The notes under the pieces: generated by a model | What the model saw: the letters and a program-made list of their open reading frames with translations, nothing else | What the model was told of the DNA's origin: nothing | Databases searched by the model: none | In this document: piece by piece, positions 41,587 through 51,553 of the stretch | Numbering within the stretch: the stretch's first letter is position 1 | How the letters are laid out: each line of letters starts with the position of its first letter | Assembly: GCA_016180645.1 (NCBI GenBank) | Contig: JACPAV010000004.1 | Coordinates: 95,544-159,543 of the forward strand | Reading direction: 5' to 3' | From: Nitrospirota bacterium | Lineage (GTDB): Bacteria > JACPQY01 | DNA length: 64,000 nt | Translations under genes and position numbers: made by a program

Positions 41587-41979
41587 TTACTTCCCCCATT
41601 CGACACCACCCAGCGCCTTCAACCCAACTTTCATAACATACAGTTCGTCCGGGGTCGGGGGCGTGCTGCATTCATTTGGGTCCGAAGTGTCGAGCTTCCC
41701 CCCTTCGCCCAGTCTCACATAGACACAGTAGCTGTTCCGAATCATCGCCCCGAACGAGTTCTGAGCATCTACGACCACATGAACGATATATTGCGGGGGA
41801 GCTTGGTCCGCGATGGAAGCCGACACCCATCTTGCGGTCGAAGGTGCCTTCAGATACTCCGAGACCACTTTCTTCGCTTCAACCACCGGTCCACTTTCAG
41901 TCTTGCCACGACACCCTTGAAGCAGGACCAGCAGCACTGCTGTGAGCGACCTTCCGACGATGGATTCAAACCGATCCAT
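41587..41979 (-). CDS. Hypothetical lipoprotein
   Basis: LQGC lipobox; LKAPSTA and VDAQNSFGAMIR motifs. Confidence 0.7.
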   Translation of the reverse strand: MDRFESIVGRSLTAVLLVLLQGCRGKTESGPVVEAKKVVSEYLKAPSTARWVSASIADQAPPQYIVHVVVDAQNSFGAMIRNSYCVYVRLGEGGKLDTSDPNECSTPPTPDELYVMKVGLKALGGVEWGK

Positions 41980-41988
41980 ATTGTTTTC

Positions 41989-42777
41989 CTACTCCTTCAG
42001 CCAGAAATTCGCCGCCGTTCTATCCGCGTTGGTGTAGATCGTTATCTTGTGGAATGGCATGATGGGAATATCTTCCTTTGTGAGATCCCGCTCTGGAACG
42101 TTGTTCACCAGCATTTGGGCCTGATTGAAGATGAACTGCGTCGCCGTGGGTGACCCCGCCGCGCCCGTGGTGCGAAACAGATTCTGCATGGGCTCGGGCA
42201 GCTTGGCAAAGGCTTCCGGTGGGTTCGTTGATGTTTCCCCGGTCAACGCACGAATTAGTTTAACGAACTTGGGGCCACTCTTATCCGCAGGAAGGCTCAC
42301 CTCAATGAATTCTAGATCGTTAGGATTTCCTGCCAGTTGAACGTGAAATCCCTCTATCCCGACCTTTGATCCCCAGTGGATCACGTTCGGCTTGTTCGGA
42401 TAGCTCTCATCGGTATCGATGGGCAGTTCCTCGCCGGGAGGCAGCGCAGGCAGGCCAGCACTCTTGTAGGCCTGATAGAACCGCTCGCGGCTCCAGCCGC
42501 TTTCCTGAACTTGCGCTACCTCGCCTTGGTCGGCGTCTTTTTCGGTCGCGTAATTGGTGTAGACGTAAGCGGCAAAGAGGAGGCCGAAGACAACGGTCAT
42601 CAGGAGCTTCCGCGCCTTGTCCCAGATTTGACCTCCCTTCTTGGATACATCTCCAGTCCAAGCAAGGATCAGCCCGATGGGGAAGAAGAGGAAAAGCATG
42701 AGAACAACAAACCACGAACGTCGGAACCATCGCCCTTGTCTTGGCGAGGCTGTTTGGGTGTTTTGATTCTCAGTCAT
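41989..42777 (-). CDS. Hypothetical membrane protein
   Basis: WF..SWFVVLMLFLFFPIGLILAW N-terminal TM motif; strong SD. Confidence 0.7.
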   Translation of the reverse strand: MTENQNTQTASPRQGRWFRRSWFVVLMLFLFFPIGLILAWTGDVSKKGGQIWDKARKLLMTVVFGLLFAAYVYTNYATEKDADQGEVAQVQESGWSRERFYQAYKSAGLPALPPGEELPIDTDESYPNKPNVIHWGSKVGIEGFHVQLAGNPNDLEFIEVSLPADKSGPKFVKLIRALTGETSTNPPEAFAKLPEPMQNLFRTTGAAGSPTATQFIFNQAQMLVNNVPERDLTKEDIPIMPFHKITIYTNADRTAANFWLKE

Positions 42778-42792
42778 GGTGATCCTCCTTCG

Positions 42793-44238
42793 TCAAAACA
42801 GGCACCCGGCGGAAAAGGCCTTCCGCTTGAGCGTCTCCAACTCCGGGACGGTTCCCCCTCTCCGGTCTCCACCGTTGACCCATTCGTCAAATTCATTTCT
42901 GATTGGGCTCAGTTGCCCGTCAATGTCCTGCAATTGATTTATTGCCGTGCCCAATTCAGCCGGAGGACATCCATGTTTCTTGCACTTCTCAAGCTTCTTC
43001 ATGAGGGCCCGCTCTTTGCCGGTGAGGCTGGCGCATTTGGCAATTTTCGGATTCAAGAGTTTGGTGATTCTCTGTGTGCGGACCTTCTCCGCACGCTCAC
43101 GAGTCGTTGCTGCGGCAGCCTCCAGCCATGCTTTCGTTTTCGGAAAGATGGGCTTTTCTGAATGATAGAAATTACTGTCAGAAGAACTATAAATCCGCCG
43201 GCTCTCTTGTTCGACTTCCCAGTCCACATCGTTCATCTTGCACAGGATGTCATCCATCGTGCACTGGTTGTCATTGCGATCCCCCCCTTCCAGCGGCATC
43301 TGAGCGACCTGACTCTCCACGGCTTTGAACTTCGCCGTCCAAATTGGTTCCAGGACCTTCTTGACTAGAGCATCCGCCGGCTCGATAGCCTTCCGGGCCG
43401 CCTCGGGCAGTTCCTCGCGAGAATCCAGCAGGTTTTCATTTGCCTTCAGAAATGATGTCAGACTCTCGTAAGCCGCATCGGGTTTCCCCTCCTGCATCAG
43501 CGGCCCCACCAAGGATTCCAAGGACGTTCCGAATTCTTTGATCTGTTTCTCACGATCCATCTCCTGTCTCTCCAGATCCAATTGGGCAAGACCGTCGAAT
43601 GGGAAGCAATAGTTTCCCGGCCACTTCTTCGAGATGATTTCTCCCGCTTCTTTACTGAGAAGCTGGATCTCTCCGGCCTTGCATTCGTTCTTCAGTCGGA
43701 CCAAGTCCTTTACCGACTTGATTTTCTCGCCGCAGAAGGAATACATCACCAGTGACTGCCTCTGGATGCCCCTGTCGGCGTCGGCGCAGATATTCCGCTT
43801 GTGGTCGTCGTTGGGGCAGGGCCCCTCTTTCGGCTGAGGCCAACGCTCCCAATGACAGACGAGCGGGGAATCCCCGAGGTCTCCAGTCATCCGGTCAACT
43901 TGGACACGCATGGCCTGCTTGACTTCTTGTTCTTCCAGCGAACTGATTCGACCCCTGAAATTGGAGTGGAGGGCTTGGAAGTGTTGCTTGGCGTGATACT
44001 CGTCCATGCCAAACTGAACGGGAGATTCTTCGCAATCCTCCCTGAATTCTTCGAGCGCCTCAGTAGCCCCCGCCACCTCTCCTTTGGTAATGGCCTCTTC
44101 GACCCTTTTTGCCGATTTGTCTACCGACCAGCAGAATCCGGAAAACACGACCCAGGAGAGCGCGAGAGCAGTGAGAACTCGGATGTCACCGATATTCACG
44201 GCGGGCAGTATTCCAATATCTGTATATGTTGTCAACAT
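42793..44238 (-). CDS. Hypothetical Cys-containing helical exported protein (start uncertain)
   Basis: 481-aa ORF; hydrophobic N-terminal segment; coiled-coil character. Confidence 0.65.
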   Translation of the reverse strand: MLTTYTDIGILPAVNIGDIRVLTALALSWVVFSGFCWSVDKSAKRVEEAITKGEVAGATEALEEFREDCEESPVQFGMDEYHAKQHFQALHSNFRGRISSLEEQEVKQAMRVQVDRMTGDLGDSPLVCHWERWPQPKEGPCPNDDHKRNICADADRGIQRQSLVMYSFCGEKIKSVKDLVRLKNECKAGEIQLLSKEAGEIISKKWPGNYCFPFDGLAQLDLERQEMDREKQIKEFGTSLESLVGPLMQEGKPDAAYESLTSFLKANENLLDSREELPEAARKAIEPADALVKKVLEPIWTAKFKAVESQVAQMPLEGGDRNDNQCTMDDILCKMNDVDWEVEQESRRIYSSSDSNFYHSEKPIFPKTKAWLEAAAATTRERAEKVRTQRITKLLNPKIAKCASLTGKERALMKKLEKCKKHGCPPAELGTAINQLQDIDGQLSPIRNEFDEWVNGGDRRGGTVPELETLKRKAFSAGCLF

Positions 44239-44280
44239 CTACTTCTAATGATTCATCAGATTCAGGGGTTCGTAATACTA

Positions 44281-44655
44281 ATGGTTGTGGGGAAGAAGGG
44301 AGACCCTGAGTTGAGCCGCATTTTCGGCAAGAACGTCCGCCGGGCCCGGCTGTCGGGGGGGTTGACTCAAGAAGATCTTGCTGAGCGGGCGAATCTTGCC
44401 GTCAATTACATATCCGACCTGGAGGCCGGCAAGCGGAACCCCGGATTGGACGTAGTTGCAAGGCTGGCACGCGCCCTTGACCGTCCTATAGAGATTCTTT
44501 GTAATGAGCAGAGGAAAGAGTCGTCAATGCCTCGCGCAACACAGACTCCGTGGGCGATCCGGATCAACAGCCTTGTCGGTTCCCTTGATCCGCGGACAGC
44601 TAGACAGATTTGGCAATTCCTGAACTTGGCCTTTGGCCGTAGGCGATCTTCGTAG
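44281..44655 (+). CDS. XRE-family HTH regulator
   Basis: FGKNVRRAR...LTQEDLAERA...YISDLEAGKRNP. Confidence 0.9.
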   Translation: MVVGKKGDPELSRIFGKNVRRARLSGGLTQEDLAERANLAVNYISDLEAGKRNPGLDVVARLARALDRPIEILCNEQRKESSMPRATQTPWAIRINSLVGSLDPRTARQIWQFLNLAFGRRRSS

Positions 44656-44892
44656 GCCGCCACGGTTCCGTGAACGAGCGCGTGATCCGGTTCCTGGGGG
44701 GTATGGGGTCGAATCCAGGCATCGTACGTTTCATCATGCCGCCTGTTGAGGCCAAGCGGAAGGATGGGGATGAATTGTCAGGGGCCGCACTCGGCGTGAG
44801 CCTCGTTTGTGTTGGCGAAAAGACGGGATATCGGCGCCACGCAAGAGTTTCGTCCGGATTATCGCGGAATTTACCCTGAGCGGCGAATGAGC

Positions 44893-44964
44893 GATTCTTC
44901 GGCTACGCCTCGGAATGACGAGCGAGGTGCTCGGAATGACGCGTGGCGAAGGGATCAGGATGAC
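44893..44964 (+). repeat. Short array of REP-like units ending TC(G/A)G(A/G)ATGAC
   Basis: GATTCTTCGGCTACGCCTCGGAATGAC, then CTCGGAATGAC and TCAGGATGAC at 21 and 24 nt spacing. Confidence 0.5.
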
Positions 44965-45022
44965 AAGGCGGGGGATCTCTTGCCGACGGATTCAGGGCTT
45001 GACGGAACCCCGGGTGGATATG

Positions 45023-45043
45023 CGACATATGTGATATATGTCG
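45023..45043. promoter_or_regulatory. Palindromic TA operator
   Basis: CGACATAT-N5-ATATGTCG immediately before the antitoxin start. Confidence 0.6.
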
Positions 45044-45046
45044 ATT

Positions 45047-45292
45047 ATGGTCAAGACGCTTGTTTACCTTGAGGAAGATCAGCGCCTCAGATTGCTTCGG
45101 GAGGCGAAGCGGCAGGGGAAAACCGTTTCGCAACTGATGCGGGAGGCGGTCAATCTGCGCGTTCCTGCGCCGATAGACCGGAAGCGAGGAATGGGAATCG
45201 TTGGTCTGTTCAGTGGAGGTGGTGACAATGTCTCCGAGCGCCACCACGAAGTTCTGGGAGAGATTTTCAGGAAGAAGAATCCCCACGAATGA
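45047..45292 (+). CDS. vapB: CopG/RHH antitoxin
   Basis: MVKTLVYL...GKTVSQLMREAV; ATGA overlap with the PIN gene. Confidence 0.8.
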   Translation: MVKTLVYLEEDQRLRLLREAKRQGKTVSQLMREAVNLRVPAPIDRKRGMGIVGLFSGGGDNVSERHHEVLGEIFRKKNPHE

Positions 45293-45705
45293 TCTTCGTG
45301 GACGCCGGCGCCTTGTACGCATTGGCGGACGACGGCGACATCCACCACACCGCTGCGAAGGCGCTCCACGAATCAGAAATCGAAAAGGCTTCCTTGGCCA
45401 CGTCAGCGCTCATCCTCACAGAGGTTTGGTCTCTGATCGAACACCGAGCAGGCATCAAACCAGCCTTCCTCTGGTGGGAAGCCATCATGGCCTCCTCCTA
45501 TGAACTTCTGCCCGTCGAGCCGTTCGATCTCACGGAAGCGCTGAAGATTCGGAAGAGGTACCGGGACCAGAACTTTGGCTTGGTCGATTGCTCCACGTTC
45601 GCACTTTGCGAGAAGCACCGCATCAGCAGCGTCTTCACCTTCGACCGAAAGCACTTCTCCGTCTACCGACCCTCCTTTACGCCGCGCCTCGATCTCTTGC
45701 CCTGA
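45289..45705 (+). CDS. vapC: VapC PIN toxin
   Basis: MIFVDAGALYA..D.GD..H, LVDCSTF, FTFDRKHF. Confidence 0.88.
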   Translation: MIFVDAGALYALADDGDIHHTAAKALHESEIEKASLATSALILTEVWSLIEHRAGIKPAFLWWEAIMASSYELLPVEPFDLTEALKIRKRYRDQNFGLVDCSTFALCEKHRISSVFTFDRKHFSVYRPSFTPRLDLLP

Positions 45706-45721
45706 TTCGCCGGAACCGGCC

Positions 45722-48700
45722 TCACGACAGCAGGATTTCGAGGTCCGCCCGGGTGAGGCGGTGCAGGGAGGCGTTGTCCTCGGTGAGGATGGCGTCGGCG
45801 ATCTCCTTCTTCCGGCCCTGAAGCTCGATGACCTTCTCCTCCACGGTGCCGCGAGCGACGAGCCGGAAAGCAAAAACGTTCTGCGTCTGGCCGATCCGGT
45901 GCGTCCGGTCGATGGCCTGCGCCTCCACGGCCGGGTTCCACCACGGATCGAGCAGGAACACGTGGCCCGCCGCCGTCAAGTTGAGTCCCTGACCCCCGGC
46001 CTTCAAGCTGATGAGAAAAAGCGGACACTCCGGATCCGATTGAAACCGTTTGACGCGTTCCTCCCGGTCTCTCGTCTGGCCGTCGAGGTATTCATACCGG
46101 AGGCTCTTGCGCTCCAGCCACGGCCGCAGGAGGGCGAGAAAGCTGGTGAACTGCGAGAAGATGAGCGCCTTGTGGCCTTCCTCGACGATTTCAGTCAGCC
46201 GCTCAAGCAGCACGTTCAGTTTCGTGCTCAAATCCTCCTTGTACTTTGGATTCAGGAGTCCCGGATGGCACGCCGCCTGGCGGAGCCGAAGCAATCCTTC
46301 CAGAACGTGAATTTTCTCCCGACCCGACAGCTCCCGGCCCTTCCCCAGAAATTCCCTGCGGTAGTGCTTCTTCAATTCCTCGTACAGCGACCGTTCATGG
46401 CCTTCCAAATCGAAAAGGATCGTTTGCTCCACTTTTTCCGGCAGATCCTTCGCCACCTGACTTTTCGTTCGCCGCAGGATGAAAGGCCGCAGGATCCGTC
46501 CGAGCATCCGCGCGTTTTCGGTGTCGGCCCGTTCCGCGGACCCGAACTCCCTCTTGAAGTGCGTCACCCGCCCCAGCATCCCGGGATTTAGGAATTCGAA
46601 GAGGCTCCAGAGTTCGCCCAGGTGGTTCTCGACCGGTGTGCCGCTCAGCGCGAGCCGGTGCCGGCTTTTCAAGAGACGCGCCGCCTTCGACGAGGCCGTG
46701 CTCGCATTCTTGATGGCCTGGGATTCGTCCAAGATGACGTAATCGAATTCGAAATCCTTGATCCCGGTGATATCGCGCCGCAACGTGCCATAGGTCGTGA
46801 GCACCACGTCAAATTTCCTCGGATGGTTCAGCCCCCGCTCCCTCGATGGCACGCTGTGGTCCAGCAGTCGCAGCTTCGGCGAGAACCGCTCCGCCTCGGC
46901 CTTCCAGTTGAAGATCAGCGAGCGCGGGACGACCACCAGCGACGGCCGCGCGGCGTCCTTCTTCCTCGCCGCGAGCAGGGCCAAAACTTCGACGGTCTTC
47001 CCGAGGCCCATGTCATCCGCCAGGCAACCGCCGAAGCGGAAATCGCGGAGGAAAGTCATCCATCCCAAGCCCTGCTTCTGGTACGGGCGAAGATTCCCAT
47101 GAAAATCCGCGGGTGGTTCCACCGGCGCGATCCCATCGAACGCGGCGAGGCGCGAGCGGAGCTGTGAGAAGGCTTCATCGCACGTCGCCTGCTCGCCCGA
47201 CGCAAGCAGCGCGTCGAGCAGAAGCGCCTGGCTGGGCTTGAACCGGATCGCTTCGCCGTGGATCTCCCCCGAATCCAAAGCGAATCCCATCCGCGTCATC
47301 CACTCCTCCGGCAGAAGACCGACGCTCCCGTCTCCCAGCCGAACAAAGTGCTGCCCGTGGCGGACGGCTTCCAGCAGCCTCGGCAGCGGCACTTTCTCAT
47401 CGCCGAAATCCACCGCGCCGTTCAACTCAAACCAGTCCACGCCCGAACTGACGTCCATCCGAAATGTTCCCGCGCGGCGGAGGAGTCCGCCCTCGGCTTC
47501 CACTTTCCAGCCCGCCTCCATCGTTGCGCGCACGAGGGGAAGGAATCGGCCCGAGGAGACGGTTAAGCCCTCGTATGCTTGCTTCGCCCCCGCGTCCAGG
47601 AGCTTCTGCCGGGCGGCCTGTTCGAATTCCATGTCGCGCACCAGCACGCGGCCCGACTCGACCATTCGCGGGCGGGGCTCGTTCGCCAGGACCTTGACGC
47701 CCAAATAGTCGAAGGAGACTTCAAGCAACAAGTAGTTCTCCCGATCAGTCGCCTTCGCGGCGCGCAACAGAGGAACGGGCCGTGGTCGTTCTTCGGAAAG
47801 CCTCAGGGTCTCCGGCCACTCGATCCGCGGAGGATCGGACATCTCGATCGCCTGCTTCCGGAACACCTCGACTTCGCGTCCCGGCACCCGGATTTCCCTC
47901 CCTTGGCGAAGGGCCAGGACCCACGACCACGGACCTTCCAGGCGGAGGCGCGAGACGATCCCCGGCCTGAAGAGGAAGCCTGATGCCAGGATGAGGGGCG
48001 GATCGGACAGGATCATCCGTTCAGAATCCCTGACGATTTCCCCGCGGACCAACCAGGCTCCTTCCGGCGTCGGCGACAACTCGTAAACGACGCGCCACGG
48101 CGCACCCTCATCCCAGGTCAGAGGCTCGGACAACTCGCTCAGCTCCATCCCGGTGTCCCAGGCAAAGAATCGCTTCGTCCCACAGAGAAGCGGGAGGAGG
48201 GCGTTGAGTTGGGCCTCGTTCAGCGGGAAGGTCCCTTCATCGTACTCCCAGTATCGGGCTCCGTACGAGCGAGACGGCAGGAGAAGGCCAAGGACAGAGT
48301 GGTCCTCCTGGGTCATGGGAGCCGCCCCATACGGGTAGTCACGCAGCTTCAACGACCCCAGGCTCCAGCCTCCGTTCTTGAGGCGTTTGCGCAGGCCGGC
48401 GTGAAGGCGAAACTGGCCGCTATTCCTAACGTCGTCCGCGTTCATCCAATAGAAGACTTGGCGTTCGCCGCGCTGACTTTGTGCCTCGCGCGCCGCCTGT
48501 TGCGAGGGATACGTCTCGTGAAAAAGCGATCTCCAGGAGGCACTCTGGGGATTGCGGGGCTGCTGTGAGGGCGAACGAGATTCCGGCGGCATCCGGCTTC
48601 CCGGACGCATCTGTTCCACCAAGTCCGACTCATCGTCCCCCCAATCGCCCTCGTCGCCCGGGCCCTCGAAAACAGGACGATACCCGGGCCGAAGCAGCTC

Positions 48701-48976
48701 TGAAAGGTGACCGTTCTGTGCGGCCACCACCATGGCGGCCCAGAGGTGCTTGCAGAATTCACCGCCGGCGTAGAACTCGCAATCGCAGGAGAGGAGCGCT
48801 TTGCGTTGCGTGGCCTGAATGGAGACCACGTACGGATGGGTGCCTCTGACATAGGCAACAAGAGCGTTCGCGGAGGCCTTGGCGATCCTGACTCGCCCGG
48901 AGAGGGCGTAGTCCCATCCGCGTTGCTTGACCCCCGGCGAAAACCAATCGCGACAGAACGGAAACGGTTCCATCAT
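45722..48976 (-). CDS. SWIM zinc-finger SNF2-family helicase
   Basis: CDC...CKH; LADDMGLGKT, ILDESQ, LSGTPVEN, DPWWNP, DRTHRIGQ. Confidence 0.95.
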   Translation of the reverse strand: MMEPFPFCRDWFSPGVKQRGWDYALSGRVRIAKASANALVAYVRGTHPYVVSIQATQRKALLSCDCEFYAGGEFCKHLWAAMVVAAQNGHLSELLRPGYRPVFEGPGDEGDWGDDESDLVEQMRPGSRMPPESRSPSQQPRNPQSASWRSLFHETYPSQQAAREAQSQRGERQVFYWMNADDVRNSGQFRLHAGLRKRLKNGGWSLGSLKLRDYPYGAAPMTQEDHSVLGLLLPSRSYGARYWEYDEGTFPLNEAQLNALLPLLCGTKRFFAWDTGMELSELSEPLTWDEGAPWRVVYELSPTPEGAWLVRGEIVRDSERMILSDPPLILASGFLFRPGIVSRLRLEGPWSWVLALRQGREIRVPGREVEVFRKQAIEMSDPPRIEWPETLRLSEERPRPVPLLRAAKATDRENYLLLEVSFDYLGVKVLANEPRPRMVESGRVLVRDMEFEQAARQKLLDAGAKQAYEGLTVSSGRFLPLVRATMEAGWKVEAEGGLLRRAGTFRMDVSSGVDWFELNGAVDFGDEKVPLPRLLEAVRHGQHFVRLGDGSVGLLPEEWMTRMGFALDSGEIHGEAIRFKPSQALLLDALLASGEQATCDEAFSQLRSRLAAFDGIAPVEPPADFHGNLRPYQKQGLGWMTFLRDFRFGGCLADDMGLGKTVEVLALLAARKKDAARPSLVVVPRSLIFNWKAEAERFSPKLRLLDHSVPSRERGLNHPRKFDVVLTTYGTLRRDITGIKDFEFDYVILDESQAIKNASTASSKAARLLKSRHRLALSGTPVENHLGELWSLFEFLNPGMLGRVTHFKREFGSAERADTENARMLGRILRPFILRRTKSQVAKDLPEKVEQTILFDLEGHERSLYEELKKHYRREFLGKGRELSGREKIHVLEGLLRLRQAACHPGLLNPKYKEDLSTKLNVLLERLTEIVEEGHKALIFSQFTSFLALLRPWLERKSLRYEYLDGQTRDREERVKRFQSDPECPLFLISLKAGGQGLNLTAAGHVFLLDPWWNPAVEAQAIDRTHRIGQTQNVFAFRLVARGTVEEKVIELQGRKKEIADAILTEDNASLHRLTRADLEILLS

Positions 48977-49066
48977 TTCTGCTTCCCTGCGTCCTTGGCG
49001 GGAGCCTAGTGCGAATCGCGCATCGTTACAAGATCAGTTGAGGGGGACCGCCAACCTGCCCACGGT

Positions 49067-50119
49067 CTACCCGTTCGTTTCCGCTTTCGTGATTCGAAGA
49101 TAGAGATCGCCGAGTTCAGCACTGGGTTCAATTTCCGTGCCCTCGTGCCATTCGTTGAAGCTCGTGATGAGGATCCACGGCGCGCCGGAGGCTTTGGCCG
49201 CTTTCCACATTTCGCGGTAAAGTTCGCCGCCGCGCCGGTCCAAATCGAATGCGTAGGGCCGGCCGATCTGTGTGTCGTTGTATCCCGGCACAATGGTGAC
49301 GGCCGGAAGGCGACCCGATGCTTTCACCTCCTGCACATACCCCGAGAGATGTTTATCCAGATTCGATTGCAGGTAGCTCATTTCCGCAGACGGGTTGTAG
49401 ATGTGGACGCCGGCGAAACCGTTTGCGATCACGCGGTGCACTCGCTTCGTCACCGGGCTGAGGCCGAGAGCGTCGCCGGTCAAGAATGCTGAGTCCCTGA
49501 GCCGTTCCATGTAAGGCGCCCAGTCTACCTCCACAGGCTGATCCGCCGGGCAGTTTTCCGCGAAACAGAAGAACGGCGGGAAGATTACGCGGCCGTAGAA
49601 GAAAATCACGGGCTTGCCGTCCTGTTTGTAATACGAGGGTCGCGCGCCGTATTCGCTCACGATGCGCTCGATCTCCGCCACGCCGTTTTCGATCCGGTCC
49701 TCGGGGAAACGTTCGTAGTAGATCACCACCCGGATTCGCCGTTGGTCCCTCTCGATCACATCGGTCAACTTCTTGAACGACTGGTCTTCGAACGATCCGA
49801 AGCCCCACCACGTGGCGATGAGAACGTCGATTCCGGCGGCCTCTGCGAGATCCAGGTGTCGGCGGATAACGGCATCGTCGTTCGAGTCGTACAGGCCTTC
49901 GGCGGGATGCCGGAGTGCGGCGATGTCGGGCAGACCTTGCACATCGAGTTTCGTCGGATCGTGCCCGGCGTCGGCCCAGTGCACCCATCGTCCTGAAACC
50001 TCCGGCGTTCCGTACCAGCCATAATAGAAGGCAAACGTGGTGAACGGCCTGGGTGCGGGTGAATCTGCGGACGCGCATGACGCCATGGCCAGCGCGATCA
50101 GCCGGGTGACACACCTCAT
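49067..50119 (-). CDS. Glycoside hydrolase family 99-like (endo-alpha-mannosidase-like) lipoprotein
   Basis: MASC lipobox; AFYYGWYG; ITSFNEWHEGTEIEP. Confidence 0.8.
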   Translation of the reverse strand: MRCVTRLIALAMASCASADSPAPRPFTTFAFYYGWYGTPEVSGRWVHWADAGHDPTKLDVQGLPDIAALRHPAEGLYDSNDDAVIRRHLDLAEAAGIDVLIATWWGFGSFEDQSFKKLTDVIERDQRRIRVVIYYERFPEDRIENGVAEIERIVSEYGARPSYYKQDGKPVIFFYGRVIFPPFFCFAENCPADQPVEVDWAPYMERLRDSAFLTGDALGLSPVTKRVHRVIANGFAGVHIYNPSAEMSYLQSNLDKHLSGYVQEVKASGRLPAVTIVPGYNDTQIGRPYAFDLDRRGGELYREMWKAAKASGAPWILITSFNEWHEGTEIEPSAELGDLYLRITKAETNG

Positions 50120-50216
50120 TCTCACAGCGCGGGATTTTGACAGAACTGCACGGATTCCCCAATCGAGATCGCTGCGCCCGGGGGTCCTTCCCCACCACGC
50201 CGGCTGGTCATGGATA

Positions 50217-50232
50217 CCATACTGGTGTATGC
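50217..50232. promoter_or_regulatory. Putative LexA box upstream of imuB
   Basis: CCATAC-TGGT-GTATGC overlaps a TATGCT -10 element; matches the lexA-upstream palindrome. Confidence 0.7.
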
Positions 50233-50239
50233 TATCGGT

Positions 50240-51553
50240 ATGTTTCGGCAGATCGTTCACCTTGATCTTCCCCGCTTTATCGCCTCCATCGAGGCGGCGA
50301 TCGAGCCGATGCTGAAGACCAAGGCCTTTGCCGTTGTCCCCACCGTTTCGCCCCGGGCGCCCGTGGTGGACGTCTCCCTTGAGGCGTGGCGGGACGGCGC
50401 GCGCAAGGGCATGAGGTTTCACGAGGCAAAAAAACTCATTCCGCAGCTGCGGGCCGTGCGGCCGCATTGGGGGGCGGCCCGGTCGGCCGGCGAGCGGCTC
50501 TTCGAGATCGCGCACGGCCTGTCGCCTTTCGTCGAGCCTGCCGGCCATGGCCATCTCTTTGCCGACGTGACGGGCGGCGAAGTTCCCCATGCCGATTCTG
50601 CTCGCCGTCCCCGTAGCGAAGCGGAGTGGGGGGGCGATGCGATGGCGAATCGGCTGCTGTCCGAAGTTCGGAGTCTGCGTATGTTCAACTGCGTACTGGG
50701 GGTGGCGACAAATAAACTGGTGTCAAAGGTGGCCGATCGGGCCTTCAAGCTTTGGCAGCCCTGTGGAGACGGGATCCTTCGCGTCGAACCGGAAAGAGAA
50801 GAAGAGTTCCTGGCGCCGTTACCCGTGACGTTGCTCCCTGAGATGCATTCCAAAACGGCCGGCCTCTTTGATCTGTTGAACATCCGGTTCATGCGCGATC
50901 TCGCCGGCCTCGATCCGGTGCAGGCCCACTCCGTCCTCGGAAAGAAGGGGCCCGTTCTCGTGCGGGGGGCGCGGGGGATCGATGATTCCCCGGTACGTCC
51001 TTATACGGAGGGAGCGGATGCGATCGACGAGCGGGTGATCTTTTCACCGGACACGAATGACTGGAGCCTCATCCGCGCGAAGCTGTTCGTGGCCGTGGAG
51101 AAACTGTCCGTCCTCTTGTACGAGCGGGGACTTGCGGCCCGCTCTTTGAGTGTGGAGGTGACCTACACGGATCTCGATACGGCGCGAAGGCACCGGGCCA
51201 TCAAGCTGGAGAATGAGAGCCTATCCCAAAACCCGTGTAGGGGCGGACCTTTGGGTCCGCCCATGAAGAGGGAGCATCTGAAGATGCTCCCCTACATGCC
51301 TGGGAGTCTTGGTATAGGCTCCAAGCACTCTTTATTCACGGAGGCGGATGCGGCCCTGGAAGCGGCCTGTACACGAAGAGTGCGCGTCAAATGTCTTGTC
51401 GTCGAGGTTTCAGACCTCAAGCCCGCGAGCCGGCAGATCGGTTTGTTTCGAGACCCGCAGGAGGAGAGAAGACAACGGCTGGCCGGCGCCGTTCACGCCG
51501 TGCGATCCCGGTTCGGGTTCGACGCCATCCGGTTCGGCGCTTCGATCGTATGA
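50240..51553 (+). CDS. imuB: ImuB-like inactive Y-family polymerase
   Basis: IVHLDLPRFIASIE; the catalytic SIDE motif is replaced by GHGH; clamp motif QIGLF; C-terminal VRSRFGFDAI; ATGA-coupled to dnaE2. Confidence 0.8.
   Translation: MFRQIVHLDLPRFIASIEAAIEPMLKTKAFAVVPTVSPRAPVVDVSLEAWRDGARKGMRFHEAKKLIPQLRAVRPHWGAARSAGERLFEIAHGLSPFVEPAGHGHLFADVTGGEVPHADSARRPRSEAEWGGDAMANRLLSEVRSLRMFNCVLGVATNKLVSKVADRAFKLWQPCGDGILRVEPEREEEFLAPLPVTLLPEMHSKTAGLFDLLNIRFMRDLAGLDPVQAHSVLGKKGPVLVRGARGIDDSPVRPYTEGADAIDERVIFSPDTNDWSLIRAKLFVAVEKLSVLLYERGLAARSLSVEVTYTDLDTARRHRAIKLENESLSQNPCRGGPLGPPMKREHLKMLPYMPGSLGIGSKHSLFTEADAALEAACTRRVRVKCLVVEVSDLKPASRQIGLFRDPQEERRQRLAGAVHAVRSRFGFDAIRFGASIV
51237..51295. repeat. GTAG-type REP doublet, copy 2, inside the imuB coding sequence
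   Basis: GTAGGGGCGGACCTTTGGGTCCGCCC-N7-GGGAGCATCTGAAGATGCTCCCCTAC. Confidence 0.8.

Noticed and set aside
41587-44655. Intact prophage or ICE
   Set aside because: No integrase, structural, replication or conjugation genes
44893-44964. Mini-CRISPR
   Set aside because: Repeat units are only about 10 nt with 10-14 nt spacers; this fits REP-like repeats better
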